Shown: piece by piece, positions 45,798 through 56,899 of the stretch
How the letters are laid out: every line of letters starts with the position of its first letter
Position numbering within the stretch: the stretch's first letter is position 1
NCBI GenBank assembly: GCA_013265495.1
Contig: MU058252.1
Span: forward strand, 1,584,244-1,648,243
Source: Vicugna vicugna
Lineage: Eukaryota
Reading direction: 5' to 3'
DNA length: 64,000 nt
The notes under the pieces: generated by a model
Database searches by the model: none
What the model was told of the DNA's origin: nothing
The model's input: only the letters and a program-made list of their open reading frames with translations
Position numbers and translations under genes: made by a program

Positions 45798-45923
45798 GTC
45801 CCCCCGGGTAGACGGGTCTCCCCCTGGGTAGACTGGTCCCCCCTGGTAGACGTGTCCCCCTGCGTAGACGGGTACCCCCTGCGTAGACGGGTCCCCCCGG
45901 GTAGACGGGTTCCCCCAGGTAGG
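45798..45923. repeat. GC-rich minisatellite, ~7 units of 18-20 bp
   Basis: Unit ~GTCCCCCCTGGGTAGACGG; GTAGAC at 45808, 45828, 45846, 45864, 45883, 45901, plus a degenerate unit at 45919. Confidence 0.9.
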
Positions 45924-46669
45924 TGCCTTGTGCTGCTGCTTCTTGGAGAGGGCAACTGAAATGCCCAGTTCATGTCAGGCTTCCTCAGACCCGAGCTCTT
46001 TCTTTGCCTTCACTTGTCACCACTCTGATTCTAACTATGCTGATTTATTTCCTTTGTTGGTGCATGTGAACTCTGTCTCTGAAGCAGTTAAAACAAAAGC
46101 AAACTGAGCTCCTCCCGGGAGCAGAGGCTGAGCTCAGGGACAGTGGGAATCTTTACTGAAGGGACCGATGAAACAGGAGAAATGATTGTGCGGGAAGGAA
46201 TCGCTGGACCCAGCGCCCCCTTTGTCAGAGGACATGTGGAGAAAGAAACGCTGGTTTCAAGTGTGGTTAAGTTGTATTTTTAATGGGATCAAATTTTGAA
46301 AAGCTTTTTGGGAATAAAAATATTATCCAGTGACAAAGAGCCGGGAGCAGAAACCCCCCTGGTCCGCGGAAGAGAGGCTCAGTTTTCCCATTAGATTAAA
46401 AATGTAAGACGCATCCAAGGACTGGAATGGTGAGAAGACAGAGGCAAGGACTTCAGAGTGCTCTTGTGGTAGCTCTGTGACCTCTCCTTCAGCAGGAGTA
46501 ATGGTTCCTGTCAGGCAAGTTAGGAAATACTCCCATTTCATGAATCTAATTATCTACAAACAAGCTGTTGGGGTAGACGAGGTTGGTTAAAAATACTTAA
46601 TATAGAGGCCTTTCTTTCCCCCTCCGTATGTTTATTGGGTGAGTGGAGTTTTTATTTGTAAATAAAAGC

Positions 46670-47130
46670 CTCCATTTATTTTGACTGCTTGTGACAAAAA
46701 CCCCTATCAACAGTAGTTTCAGTGCATAAGGTTTTATTTTTCCCAGTAGGCGGGCTGCCCAGGCCTGGCATCTCAGTTTCCATGAAGGCCTCGGGGACAT
46801 ACATGCTCCTTCCAGTATTCTGGCCTGCAGGCCCTAGATCCTGGCCCTTGTCCTCACACCCCAAAGTAGTGGCTGGAGCTCCAGCTGACACATCTACTTT
46901 CCAGCCAGCCGGATGAAGAAAGTGACTAAAAAAAAAAAGAGAGAGAGCGCCTCCCCTCTTTTCAGGATACTTCATGGAAGCACCATCCAACACTTTCTAG
47001 AACTTGGTCACCTGGCAACAACCAACTGATATCATTTGGCTGAGGGGCAGAGGCTTGGCTAAGAACCAGTTTTCATTATTAAAGAGCAAGAGCAGTGCTG
47101 GGTGCTGGGCAGTGATGAGCAGTCTCTGGC
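46670..47130 (-). mobile_element. Old MaLR LTR (MLT1J/I-like)
   Basis: gactgcttgtgacaaaaacc...gtggctggagctccagctgacacatctactttccagcc...tagaacttggtcacctggc. Confidence 0.55.
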
Positions 47131-47578
47131 GCAGCTGAGTTGAAGGAGCCATTTTTATAGATTTCTTTTTAAAAAGGCGGGTGGTGCTGATAACTTCGAG
47201 GACAGTAGGGCCTCCTTTCCTGGCCGAGCTCTTCAGAGCTGCCCTGGCCGTGCAGTTCACAGGCGCTGGCTTTAAACTCTGTTTCCTAAGTCAGTCTTGA
47301 AGCTTCAAGGTGCACCGTTGGGTTTCCACACCTCTTTTCTCTGACCTTAACCCCAGGGAATAGGACTCATTGCTGAATGATGGTCAGTGTTGGCTTTTAA
47401 TTCCCCACGGACACGGCTGATTCCATCTGCCTTGGCCCGCGGAGAGCAGAAGTGAGGCGGTGGAAGTAACTGGAAGAATCCTTCACTGTAATCTTACAGT
47501 ATCAGTCTCCTTTCGTATCCCCCTTCCCTCTGCTTACTATTTAAAACAAACAAACAAATTAAATGAAAAGAAAGCACC

Positions 47579-48031
47579 TGCACGAGTCTCCCAGGGCCAT
47601 CGTCACGAGCTGCCACAAACTGGATGACAAAATCCAGAAATTTACTCTCCCCCGGGTCAGGATGCTGGCCGTCTGAGGTCCGAGTGTCGGCTGGCCTGGC
47701 CCCCTCTCCCGGCTCCTGGGGGTGGCCGTCCGTCCTGGGCCTTCCTGGGGCTGCCGCTGTGCCGCTCCCGCCTCCACCTCAGCGTCCCGTGGCCGCCTGC
47801 CCTCTGCTGTCTGTCTGTCTTCATGTGACCTTCCCCCACCGGTGTCTCTTCTCTTCTTACAAGAACATCCACTACATTGGATTAAGGGCCACCCTACTCT
47901 GGGATGACCTCATCTTAATTTATATCTTAATTTCATCTGCAAAGACCCTATTTCCAAATAAGGGCACATTCTCAGGTACTGGGGGTTAGGACTGTAACGT
48001 ATCTTTCTGGGGACACAGTTCATCTCAGGAC
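47579..48031 (-). mobile_element. MaLR LTR (MLT1C-like)
   Basis: gccacaaactgg...cttacaagaacatcc...attggattaagggccacccta...ctgcaaagaccctatttccaaataagg...ggggacacagttca. Confidence 0.85.
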
Positions 48032-48395
48032 AGCCCAAGTCCATGCTTGAGGCTCAGGCCCAGCCCAGACCTACAAAATTGGACCCCACATTTTCACAGG
48101 CTCTGGCGACAGAGCAGTTGCTTCCATTGGCCTGACCTGGGGTGGTCGTGCCGAGAGGTGCAGAAACAGGTCCTGGTCGTGGGTGGCACCTTGCATCCCA
48201 GCATGAGGAGTGTGTGGGATGGGGTGCACCAGGAGAGGGCCAGCGAGTCAGGGAGAAGAGGGCTGCCTCTGCCCCCATCTCACACTCACTCCCCACAGTT
48301 ACTACCTGTTGCATTTTTGTTTTTTTCCCCCCAGCTTTATTGAGATATAATTGACACACAACATTGTGTAAGCTTGAGGTATAAAACACTACTTA

Positions 48396-48860
48396 ATTAA
48401 AAAAAATTGAAGTATGGTTGATTTACAATATCATGTTAGTTTCCAGGGTACAACATAGTGATTCAGTTGTACATATATATATATATATATATGCATATGT
48501 TCTTTTTCATTGTAGGTCATTTTAAGATATTGAATATAGTTCCCTGTGCTATAGTAGGACCCTGGTGTTTATCTACTTTGTATATTGTAGTCAGTATCTG
48601 CAAATCCCAAACTCCTAATTTATCCCTTTCCCCTTCTTTCCCCTTCTGCAGCCAGAAGTTTGTTCTCTGTGTCTATGAGTCTGTTTCTTTTTTGTAAATA
48701 AGTTCATTTGTGTCATTTTTTTAGGTTCCACATATAAATGATTTTATGACATTTGTCTTTCTCTGTCTGATTTACTTCACTTAGAATGACCATCTCCAGG
48801 TCCATCTATCTTTCTGCAAATGGCATTATTTCATTCTTTTTTATGGCTGAGTAGTATTCC

Positions 48861-48894
<34 letters not shown>

Positions 48895-49137
48895 ACATCT
48901 TCTTTATCCAGTCATCTGTTGATGGGCATTTAGGTTGCCTCCATGTCTTGGCTATTGTAAATAGTGCTGCTGTGAACATTGGTGTACATGTATCTTTTCA
49001 AAGTAGTGTTTTCATCTTTTCAGATATATACCCAGGAGTGGAATTGCTGCGTCATATGGTAGTTGTATTTTAAATTTTTAAAGAAATCTCCACACTGTTT
49101 TCCATAGTGGCTGCAGCAAATTACATTCCCACCAACC
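48396..49137 (-). mobile_element. 5'-truncated artiodactyl-type L1 (3'UTR plus end of ORF2), 11-bp TSD
   Basis: AACACTACTTA at 48385-48395 and 49138-49148; gcaaatggcattatttcattcttttttatggctgagtagtattccatt; internal (TA)n near 48863-48892. Confidence 0.9.
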
Positions 49138-49814
49138 AACACTACTTACTTTTGGATAAACATTTGATTGATCAAAGTTCTAAATTTTACAACTAGAAAT
49201 AACTCACAAAATGCCAATGTCTCATTGAGGCCATTAGCATCTTGAAATAGTGGACTGAAGTGACCAATGACAAATGTCCTTTCCCAGAAGGATAAGGAGA
49301 GCAGGGCTGGAGGGCACATCTTGGCCAACATGTGGTTACGTCCAATTCTATGAAATCTAATAGAAGCTGCTACATGGGGGTTTTTATGCTGACCCCTCCC
49401 CACCCACCCACTCAGAGCTCCAGGAGAATCGAGTCCTCCCTCTTTCCTCTTCTGTGGGAAAGAACAGAGTTCGGATTCTGAGAGTTTGAGCCAATATATG
49501 AACCCTGTGGACATTCACATTTTGTGTATCTGAAGGCATGAGACTCAGTTTGCCATTAACAACATGAGAACTCAAGCCACCTGTTACGGGGATGGGGGGA
49601 GAATCAAGTAAGGCAATACGCAGAGCTGCTCTGTTGGCTGTCTGCACAATCACCGTTGGCGTGGTGGCGTTTAAAATTTGGGAGATGTCTGGGTAAGAGA
49701 GCATCATTCTTGGAGCATTTGTTGAACAAAATAATGGGCTCTAAGATGCGGTTGCTGTTCTTAACCTCTGTGATTCTGATGCAGAGACGGGACATCCACC
49801 TGACATCCTAATGA

Positions 49815-50000
49815 GGATGCCAGGTGTAAGGGCTGGAGGATGCTGTGGGGCGGGGCCTCCAACATGGGGTCAAACGGGGACGCCAGGTGTGAGGGCTGGA
49901 GGAGCCGTGGGGCAGGGCCTCCAACATGGGGTCAAACGGGGACGCCAGGTGTGAGGGCTGGAGGATGCTGTGGGGTGGGGGCTCCAACATGGGGTCACAC
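49815..50000. repeat. Tandem repeat, ~3 units of 62-63 bp
   Basis: GGA(T/C)GCCAGGTGT(A/G)AGGGCTGGAGGA...CTCCAACATGGGGTCA starting at 49815, 49878, 49940. Confidence 0.92.
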
Positions 50001-50838
50001 AAGGGGCACACAACATGAGGTCACGGGGGCTCCAGTGGTTCGGGAAGCCTTTATAAATGAGGCCCAAGGCAACTTCTGTGAGTTGGAGAGACAAAGCTAA
50101 GCAAACGAGACGTCACAGGCCCCCAACTGCCCTTAACCGCCGGCCAGCCACCTGTGGCTGTCTTGAAGGGTGACCTGATCACACAGACGTGATGGGAGGG
50201 GCATCAGAGGACTAACCAGGAAGGCTGTGTGCACAATTTGATCAAGAGGATCAGAACACGATGGAGCAGGGAGCGGGTAATCTGTTTCTCTGAAATTCTA
50301 ATTAGGGGTAGCAACTGGGTTCTGTAATTTTTTCTTTTGTTCCATCTCCACAAAACCAATTCAATCTTACTGCATCTATACATTACCATGCGTCCTGGCC
50401 ATAAGCAGGAGAAGGCCTGTTTAGTTTGTTGCCTTTTGGCTTTTAGTGAAAAATCGATTTATTTCAGCTTACTAAGCTATTAGTGCCTATTGGATGTTGA
50501 CTTCCGTTTTTTTTTTAATCCCTGTCCTGCGTGCCCTTTCTCAGACACTGGGGAAGAGTCTTTCCTGACTTTAAAAATGGTGCACTCGAGACCGCTGGGA
50601 AGCAGAGGAGTGAACCAGATGCTCACTAGGTGTTTCAGAGACCTTTCTGGTTGAATTATTAAATTCCCTAAGTCTTCTAAATTCCCTGCTCAAGCATCAA
50701 CTTCATTAATTCCATGACCTGTTAAGAAGTGGTACCATTGAGAACTGAGTGGCATAAGCCTTGTCTGAGGGTACATGAAGGCTTTGGCAGATTATAAGGC
50801 AGTGTTTTCTGGAACAGGAGAGGAAGAGTCATAGTACC

Positions 50839-51507
50839 TGTGAAGGCTAATTTTATGTGTCCATCTGACTAGGCTATGGTACCCTGTTGTTTGGTTGAAC
50901 ACTAGTCTAGATGTGACCATGACAGTATTTGGTAGATGTGATTAACATCTTCAGTCAGCTGGCATTAAGTAAAGGGGATCACCTTCCATAATGTGGGTGG
51001 GCCTCACCCAATCAGTCGAAGGCTTTAAGAGCCAAAGCAGGGTTTCTAGGGAAGAAGGAATTCTGCCTCAACCCTGGAGCACAGAAGGCCCACCTGGGTT
51101 TCCAGCTTGCCAGGCTGCTCTGCAGATTTCAGACTCAAGACTGCAACACTGGGGTGTGGGGGGCGGGACATAGCTCAGTGGTAGAGTGTTTGCTTAGCAT
51201 GCACAAGGTCCTGGGTTCAATCCCCAGTGCCTCCATTAAACAAACAAACAAACAAACAAACCTAATTGCCCACCCCCAAATAAAATAAAAAAAAAAGAAA
51301 ATGAAGTGGGCATATCATTAAAAAAAATCCAAAAGAAAAAGACTGCAACACCAACTCTTACCTGACCTTCTAGGTGGTCAGCTGACCTGACAAGTTTCAG
51401 ATGTGCCAAGTCCCTGCAATCACGTGAGCCAGTTCCTTAAAACAAATCCGTCACATACATACACATCTCTGATTGGATCTGCTTCTCTGGGGTCCCTGAC
51501 CGACACA
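50839..51507 (+). mobile_element. ERVL solo LTR (MLT2-type) interrupted by a SINE
   Basis: tgtgaaggctaattttatgtgtc...ccataatgtgggtgggcctcacccaatcagt...cacgtgagccagttccttaaaa...ccctgaccgacaca. Confidence 0.85.
51150..51338 (+). mobile_element. Vic-1-type tRNA-Ala SINE, 13-bp TSD
   Basis: A box tagctcagtgg, cttagcat anticodon-like arm, B box ggttcaatccc, (AAAC)n, cctaatt, A tail; AAGACTGCAACAC at 51137-51149 and 51339-51351. Confidence 0.92.
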
Positions 51508-52089
51508 CCTGGACCAGCAGCCTGCTCTCCCAGGCTCAGGGCATTCTGGGTAATTGCTGGCGATGCTCTCTCCTCCGGAGGCCGGGAGCGGCCGCAGAAT
51601 CGCCTGGAGGAGGCTGCGACTGTTGTCGTTCTGCGTCGGCACTAGAGGGAGAAGCTGTTCACTGTTCTAATTCTAGGGGAACTTTGTGGATGTGAGCTAG
51701 TAAAACAAGTACTTGTTCTCAGATTAAGTCCCATCTAATTAATTTTTCAACTAAATATTTGTGGGCTTCTGATTCCAAAGTACTGTGTTTAACATTAAGG
51801 GGATAAAAGATGGACAAGGCTGGGAAAGATCTGGGCTGAGCGTGTCTTCAGTGAGGAAGTGGCCGAGGCAGAAAGAGCATCACTAGTTCCCATGACCCCC
51901 ACCATCCACTGCACCTGATAAAATGCGGAGACCGGAGGGAGGCAGGGCAGCCCGGGCTGACGCCACAGTGGGAGTGGACCACGCAGGCACCTGCCATCTT
52001 GAAGCCAGGGCTGCCTGCGTGGGTTCAAGGTTTAAGAGGACATGCCTACCCCATCCTACCCCACTCCACTGTTTTCCTTTGGGGGGGCT

Positions 52090-52742
52090 TTATTTTAAAA
52101 AACTTTAATTGAGGTAGTTGATTTATATATTATATATTTATGGTTGATTTTTGATGTGCTGGTTTCAAGTGTACAGCAAAGTGATTCAGCTTTACATATA
52201 CATATATATATTCTTTTTCAGATTCTTTCCCATTCTAGGTTATTACAAAAGCTATTGAGTACAGTTCCCTGTGCTGTACAGTAGGTCCTTGTAGTTTATC
52301 TATTTTATATATACTAGCGTGTATCTGTTAATCCTAAACTCTTCATTTATCCCTCCCCACTCTTTCCCCTTTGGTAACTGTAGTTTGTTTTCTTTGTCTG
52401 AGAGTCTGTTTCTATTTTGTAAATAAGTCCATTTGTCTCATTTTTTTTAATTCCACATATGAGTGACATCATATGGTATTTTTCTTTCTCTTTCTGGCTT
52501 ATTTCACTTAGAATGACCATCTCCAGTTCAGTCCATGTTGCTGCAAATGGCATTATTTCATTCTTTTTTATGGCTAAGTAGTATTCCATTGTATAAATAT
52601 ACTACATCTTCTTTATCCAGTCATCTGTTGAGGGACATTTAGGTTGCTTCCATGTCTTGGCTATTGTAAATAGTCCCTCTGTGAACACTGGGGTGCATAT
52701 AATTTGAAAAGATACGTGCACCCCACTGCACCAATGTTCATC
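52090..52742 (-). mobile_element. 5'-truncated L1 with short inverted 5' segment (52700-52742)
   Basis: ORF 52347..52589(-) MEYYLAIKKNEIMPFAATWTELE... is a translation of the L1 ORF2-end/3'UTR region; then switches to L1-sense aatttgaaaagatacgtgcacccc...aatgttcat. Confidence 0.88.
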
Positions 52743-53599
52743 AAATGTCCTCTTCAAGTCAACTAGCTATTATGTGATGGCGGTCACTGGGTGATGTTTT
52801 TAAGCGGGAAGGAGGGCCAGCAAACGCAGGCGTAGAAAGCAGTGGTTGTGCTGTGCTCTGGCGTGTGTGGTGCTCTGCTGGTCGTGAGGTGTGATTGAAA
52901 TAACAAATGATGCCATAAATAAATGAGGAGCTTTTAAATTAACAGCAGCCCAAGATTGGAGATTAATTTTTTAAATGTTTTCTGAGAAGAAAAATGAAGC
53001 AAATAAATTCCGACAATTAGGAAGTAATGAAGACCTTGCACGGAGAGCTTATTGCCAAAGGCAGAGACGGGAATTCACGGTGGGTCTGAAGCAAATGCAG
53101 ATCGCAGGCTCAGATTCGAGCAACGTCGGGCATCAAGGGAACTGGCTTGCTCGCTTTGTGAACCCAAGTAGTCACCTTTGAAATCGCTCAGGGAACGTGC
53201 AGAGAAAGCCAGTCGTGGGGAGGAAGAACTCTAGGCCCTCAGTGGATCTGAGGACTTATATATTATATAAATGCTCTGCTTTGTAAAATCCCCAGTGGCT
53301 CTGATGGGGGCGTCAAGGGGCGCGTGGTAACGAGCTGGGTCTGCACTGAGCTGATGCTCTGGGATGCGCAACCTCGTGGCTGGTGGCTGGTGGCTGGTGA
53401 CTGTTGGCAAACGTGACCGTTGGCAAAAGGACCCAGGACCCTGGACACACAGACGGGCTCCTGAGGCTGGAGGAGGTGAGCAGTGGGTCTTGGATGCATC
53501 GCACCTCACAAATCAGGAACGTTTTGGGCTGTGGGCTGTTAGCTCCTGTTGGTTTTTTTAGATCTAAAGCACATACTCATGAACATTCCCTTTTAATCT

Positions 53600-53751
53600 T
53601 TTTAAAAAAAAATTAAATTTTTATCAGTTTTTGGGGGAGGTAGGTAATTTGGTTTATTTATTTATTTATCTTTAATGGAGGTGCTGGGGATGGAACCCAG
53701 GACCTCATGAATGCTGGGCATGCGCTCTACCACTGAGCTCTACCCTCCCCC
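53600..53751 (-). mobile_element. Vic-1-type tRNA-Ala SINE
   Basis: tggaggtgctggggatggaacccaggacc...gcgctctaccactgagctctaccctcccc; imperfect TSD ttccc(tt/cc)ttaatct at 53586-53599 and 53752-53765. Confidence 0.88.
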
Positions 53752-54391
53752 TTCCCCCTTAATCTCAATGTGATCCAGCAGCCATTGAAAATGTGTAAAC
53801 ATAGACCATGGCCTCTTGCTTTGACGCCCTCCGATCGCTTCCTCCTCAGCACAGATCCTGCTCCAGCTGCTGGACCCCTGGTGCCGACGCTGACCCCTCT
53901 CCACGCGCTGCCTCTGCCTGACCCTCCTTCCCGTGGGTTTACTGCGCGCCTCCCGTGCTGCGATAAATGCCTTGTTGATCAGCACCGTCTCGTGCTCTGC
54001 TTTGTAAAATCCAGCAATAACGGTAGCAGCCCCCACAGGTGGCGCACCAGGCCCACCCACGAATCCGTCCCGCCCTCATCGCCGGCGGGGGACAGGCCCC
54101 GTGTCGCTGCGTGTTTGCTGCGTGCCGGGCGGTTTGATGGTGTCCTCAGATCCACCGAGGGCCGAGAGTTCTTGTTCTCCTTTTATAGAGGAGCAAACAC
54201 AGAAGTTGACTGGGGTGTGGCCAAGCCGGAGTCAGTGGAGGAGGAGGAGGACTTGAAGGTACCAGGTCCTCGGCGCAGAACGGCAGACCGCCCGTCCCCC
54301 TGGGGCCTGCGGACACCCACATCTGTGTGGCTGAGCTGTGCGGCCGGGCAGAGAGCGTGGTGAACTGAGGCACGTACTCTGCTCAGGTATT

Positions 54392-54811
54392 TGTTGGGGG
54401 CTGAATTGTGCCCCCCAAAGTCGTATGTTGAGGTCTTAATTCTGGTATTTCAGAATGTAAATGTACTTGGAAATGGAGTCCTGATGTAATCAGCAGATAT
54501 GATCAGTTAAGGGGCAGTCAGGCCGGAGTAGGGTGGCCCTAATCCCGGTGACTGCTATCCTTGTGAGAGAGGGAAATTCGGACGGGCCCTTCCCACGGGG
54601 AAAGCGCCACATGGGCGTGAAGGCAGAGCAAGGACGAACAGCCAAGCCCCGGAGGCTGGAGTGGGCCGGCCCGCCTCCCCCGCATGGCCCCAGGAGGAGC
54701 CGGCCCTGCCCGCATCTTCGTCTCGGACTTCCGGCCTCCGGAACACATTTCTGCCGTGTAGGCCCCTCAGTCTGAGGTGCTGTGTCATGACAGCCCTAGC
54801 AGACCAATGTA
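54392..54811 (+). mobile_element. MaLR LTR (MLT1B/C-like)
   Basis: tgttgggggctgaattgtgccccccaaag...gtagggtggccctaatcc...ggacttccggcctccggaac...gacagccctagcagaccaat. Confidence 0.85.
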
Positions 54812-56177
54812 GTGTTCGCATTCAGGTCCTCAGAGACACTGGTTCCTCCAAACCCAGCAGCCCGTGATCCGTGCATGGTCAAAGCCGGGCCGCTTCGTGG
54901 AAACGTCCGTGAACTTCCTCCCCGCACTGACCAGCCATCTGGGGGTGGAGGGCTCCCCTTATTTGCCTAACCATGCTTGGAAAAGAGGGGGAGGAACGTT
55001 GCTTAAACCTGGAACAGGTATCTTCCTTCCCTTGGCCAGCATCTGGTGCCTTTTGAATGATCATGATGACACCGGCTGGTGTGAGCGCTTACTCTGCCGG
55101 GCGTGAGTCTAAAGGCCTTCTGTGATCAGCTCCTCTAATTCTGACAATGACTTGTGAATTGCTGCTGTCATGCTCTGTTTTTCCACTTGGGGGCCTGAAG
55201 CTTGAAAAAGGACTTGCTGACCAGTGCATACGGCATAAACAATGTTGATTTTAATTTTTGCACTTGAAAAGCCCCACGGATTAGTGTTTTGTTTTTGTTT
55301 TCCTTATTCAGATAAAATAATTCTGGCCCTTGTCTCTTGTATTTGGTTGGGGGGATTTGGCATCTCATTGATATTTTGATGGTTTTGTGGACAGTGGGGA
55401 ATATACGCTTACATTTTTCCATGCATGAAAGTTGAAACCTCTTACTTATTTTAAAATTCGGGATGGTGACAGAAAGGAAGCTGGATATAGACAAATCATT
55501 TAAGAACCCAGAGGCAGCTCAGGTCATCTGCCATATTTATTACAGTCTTCAGCATCTTGTCCCAGCAAAAATGTAAGCTACACTTTACGTAGCGAGGTAT
55601 TGTTCACATTTGGAATAAGGGATGGGTTTGCCAGGAAGCTGATGGGGGTGCTGATCTAGAATATATATTTAGACAATATTTAAACAACCCAGAAACATAG
55701 TACTTGTTTCTTGGTATCCTGACACAATGAACAAAATGTAAATTATTAGCCCCATTCATGCAAAAATAGATTTCACTAAAAATTCATTGCCATCAATTCT
55801 AAATAGGGTAAGATGTTAGATTACACTCAAGGCTTATTGAACATCTTATTTTGAATATAAAGAGATATGAATGTTTACCCATAGAAAAGTCATTTCTTCC
55901 CACCTTTGCTAAATAACACGCTGGTCAAATCTTGAAGCCTTGCTCTGCAGGGGCACCAGCGTCCTAACATTCCTGGCATCACCTCACTTCTCTGTCCAGC
56001 TCTGTTTTATGTATGAACCAGGCTGACCCCCTAGCTCTTTCTGTGTTGATGTTTCCTCTTACCTTTCTTTTCTGAGCACCTACTGCATTCTGGGACCCCC
56101 CCATCTCTGTTCCTCATATACCTGGCTTCCTAAAGCTGCTTTTGTGCCCCCGAAGATAGCCCCATCAACTTTCAAAT

Positions 56178-56365
56178 AAGGTTGCCGGATAAAATACAAG
56201 ACATCCAGTTAAATGGATACTTCTGATGAACAACAAATGGTTTTTTAGCATAAGTATGTCCCAAGCAATATTTATGGCACATCCAGAATATTGCACGGGA
56301 CATACTTATGCTAAAAAATTATCCATTGTGTATCTGAAATTTTGTTTGCTGTATCTGGCAACCTT
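56178..56365. mobile_element. MER53 palindromic non-autonomous DNA transposon
   Basis: TIRs aaggttgccggat / atctggcaacctt; internal palindrome ttttttagcataagtatgtccc...gggacatacttatgctaaaaaa. Confidence 0.9.
56241..56318 (-). ncRNA. Candidate miR-1302-family hairpin (MER53-derived)
   Basis: Reverse complement of 56244-56264 is TTGGGACATACTTATGCTAAA, the miR-1302 mature sequence as recalled; perfect 22-bp stem plus 8-bp inner stem; expression unknown. Confidence 0.4.
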
Positions 56366-56418
56366 GCTTGCAGAGATAGACCTCACTAGTGGTTCTGAGT
56401 AATTTCTTGGAAGATAGG

Positions 56419-56440
56419 GGTGTGTGTGTGTGTGTGTGTG
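56419..56440. repeat. (GT)n microsatellite
   Basis: About 10 GT units seen directly. Confidence 0.9.
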
Positions 56441-56899
56441 GTGAAACTGTAAAATTACTGCTTGGTTGGGTACGTTAGTCTTTGGTTTATAATTTAACAA
56501 TAAAACCATCTCTTTCATTAGTGAAAACAAAAATATGAATGGTCACTCCGCCGTGCAGAATGTCTTCCCGAACAGGCCATCACCGGACACTCGCCGTGCT
56601 TGTGAGAGGCTTGCATCTTTCCCTGGATTAGTGAGCACGCAGGAAGTTCACGTACATTCTGCTTCTCCAAACCACCGGAAGTTTTCTTTTGGTTCAACCC
56701 CCACATGCCTTCCATTAATTAGTACATCACGGTGCTTAAAAGCCCTGAGCTGAAAACCTGGGGGCCGGGATTTTATTCCTGGGTCCTCACTTAACCGGTT
56801 GCGGGAACCTCAGTGTGTTTCTTAACCTCTGACCCTCAGCTTCCTGGTCCCAAAGGGGACGATGTAACTGGCCGTCAGGGTTGCTGGGAGGGGGAAGTT

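Noticed and set aside
45798..45923. CRISPR-like repeat array
   Set aside because: Units are contiguous with no unique spacers, no cas genes, mammalian context.
49384..49707. 107-aa ORF with protein-like composition, considered as a retrocopy or viral relic
   Set aside because: No family recognised, no poly(A)/TSD; blastx would be needed to revive it.
51158..51237. tRNA-Ala(AGC)-like sequence
   Set aside because: Followed by SINE body, A tail and TSD with no oligo-T terminator; five related copies in the window, so it is a SINE head.
53770..54363. 197-aa ORF (and the similar 195-aa ORF at 61286-61873)
   Set aside because: No domain or exon structure; expected by chance at this GC content.
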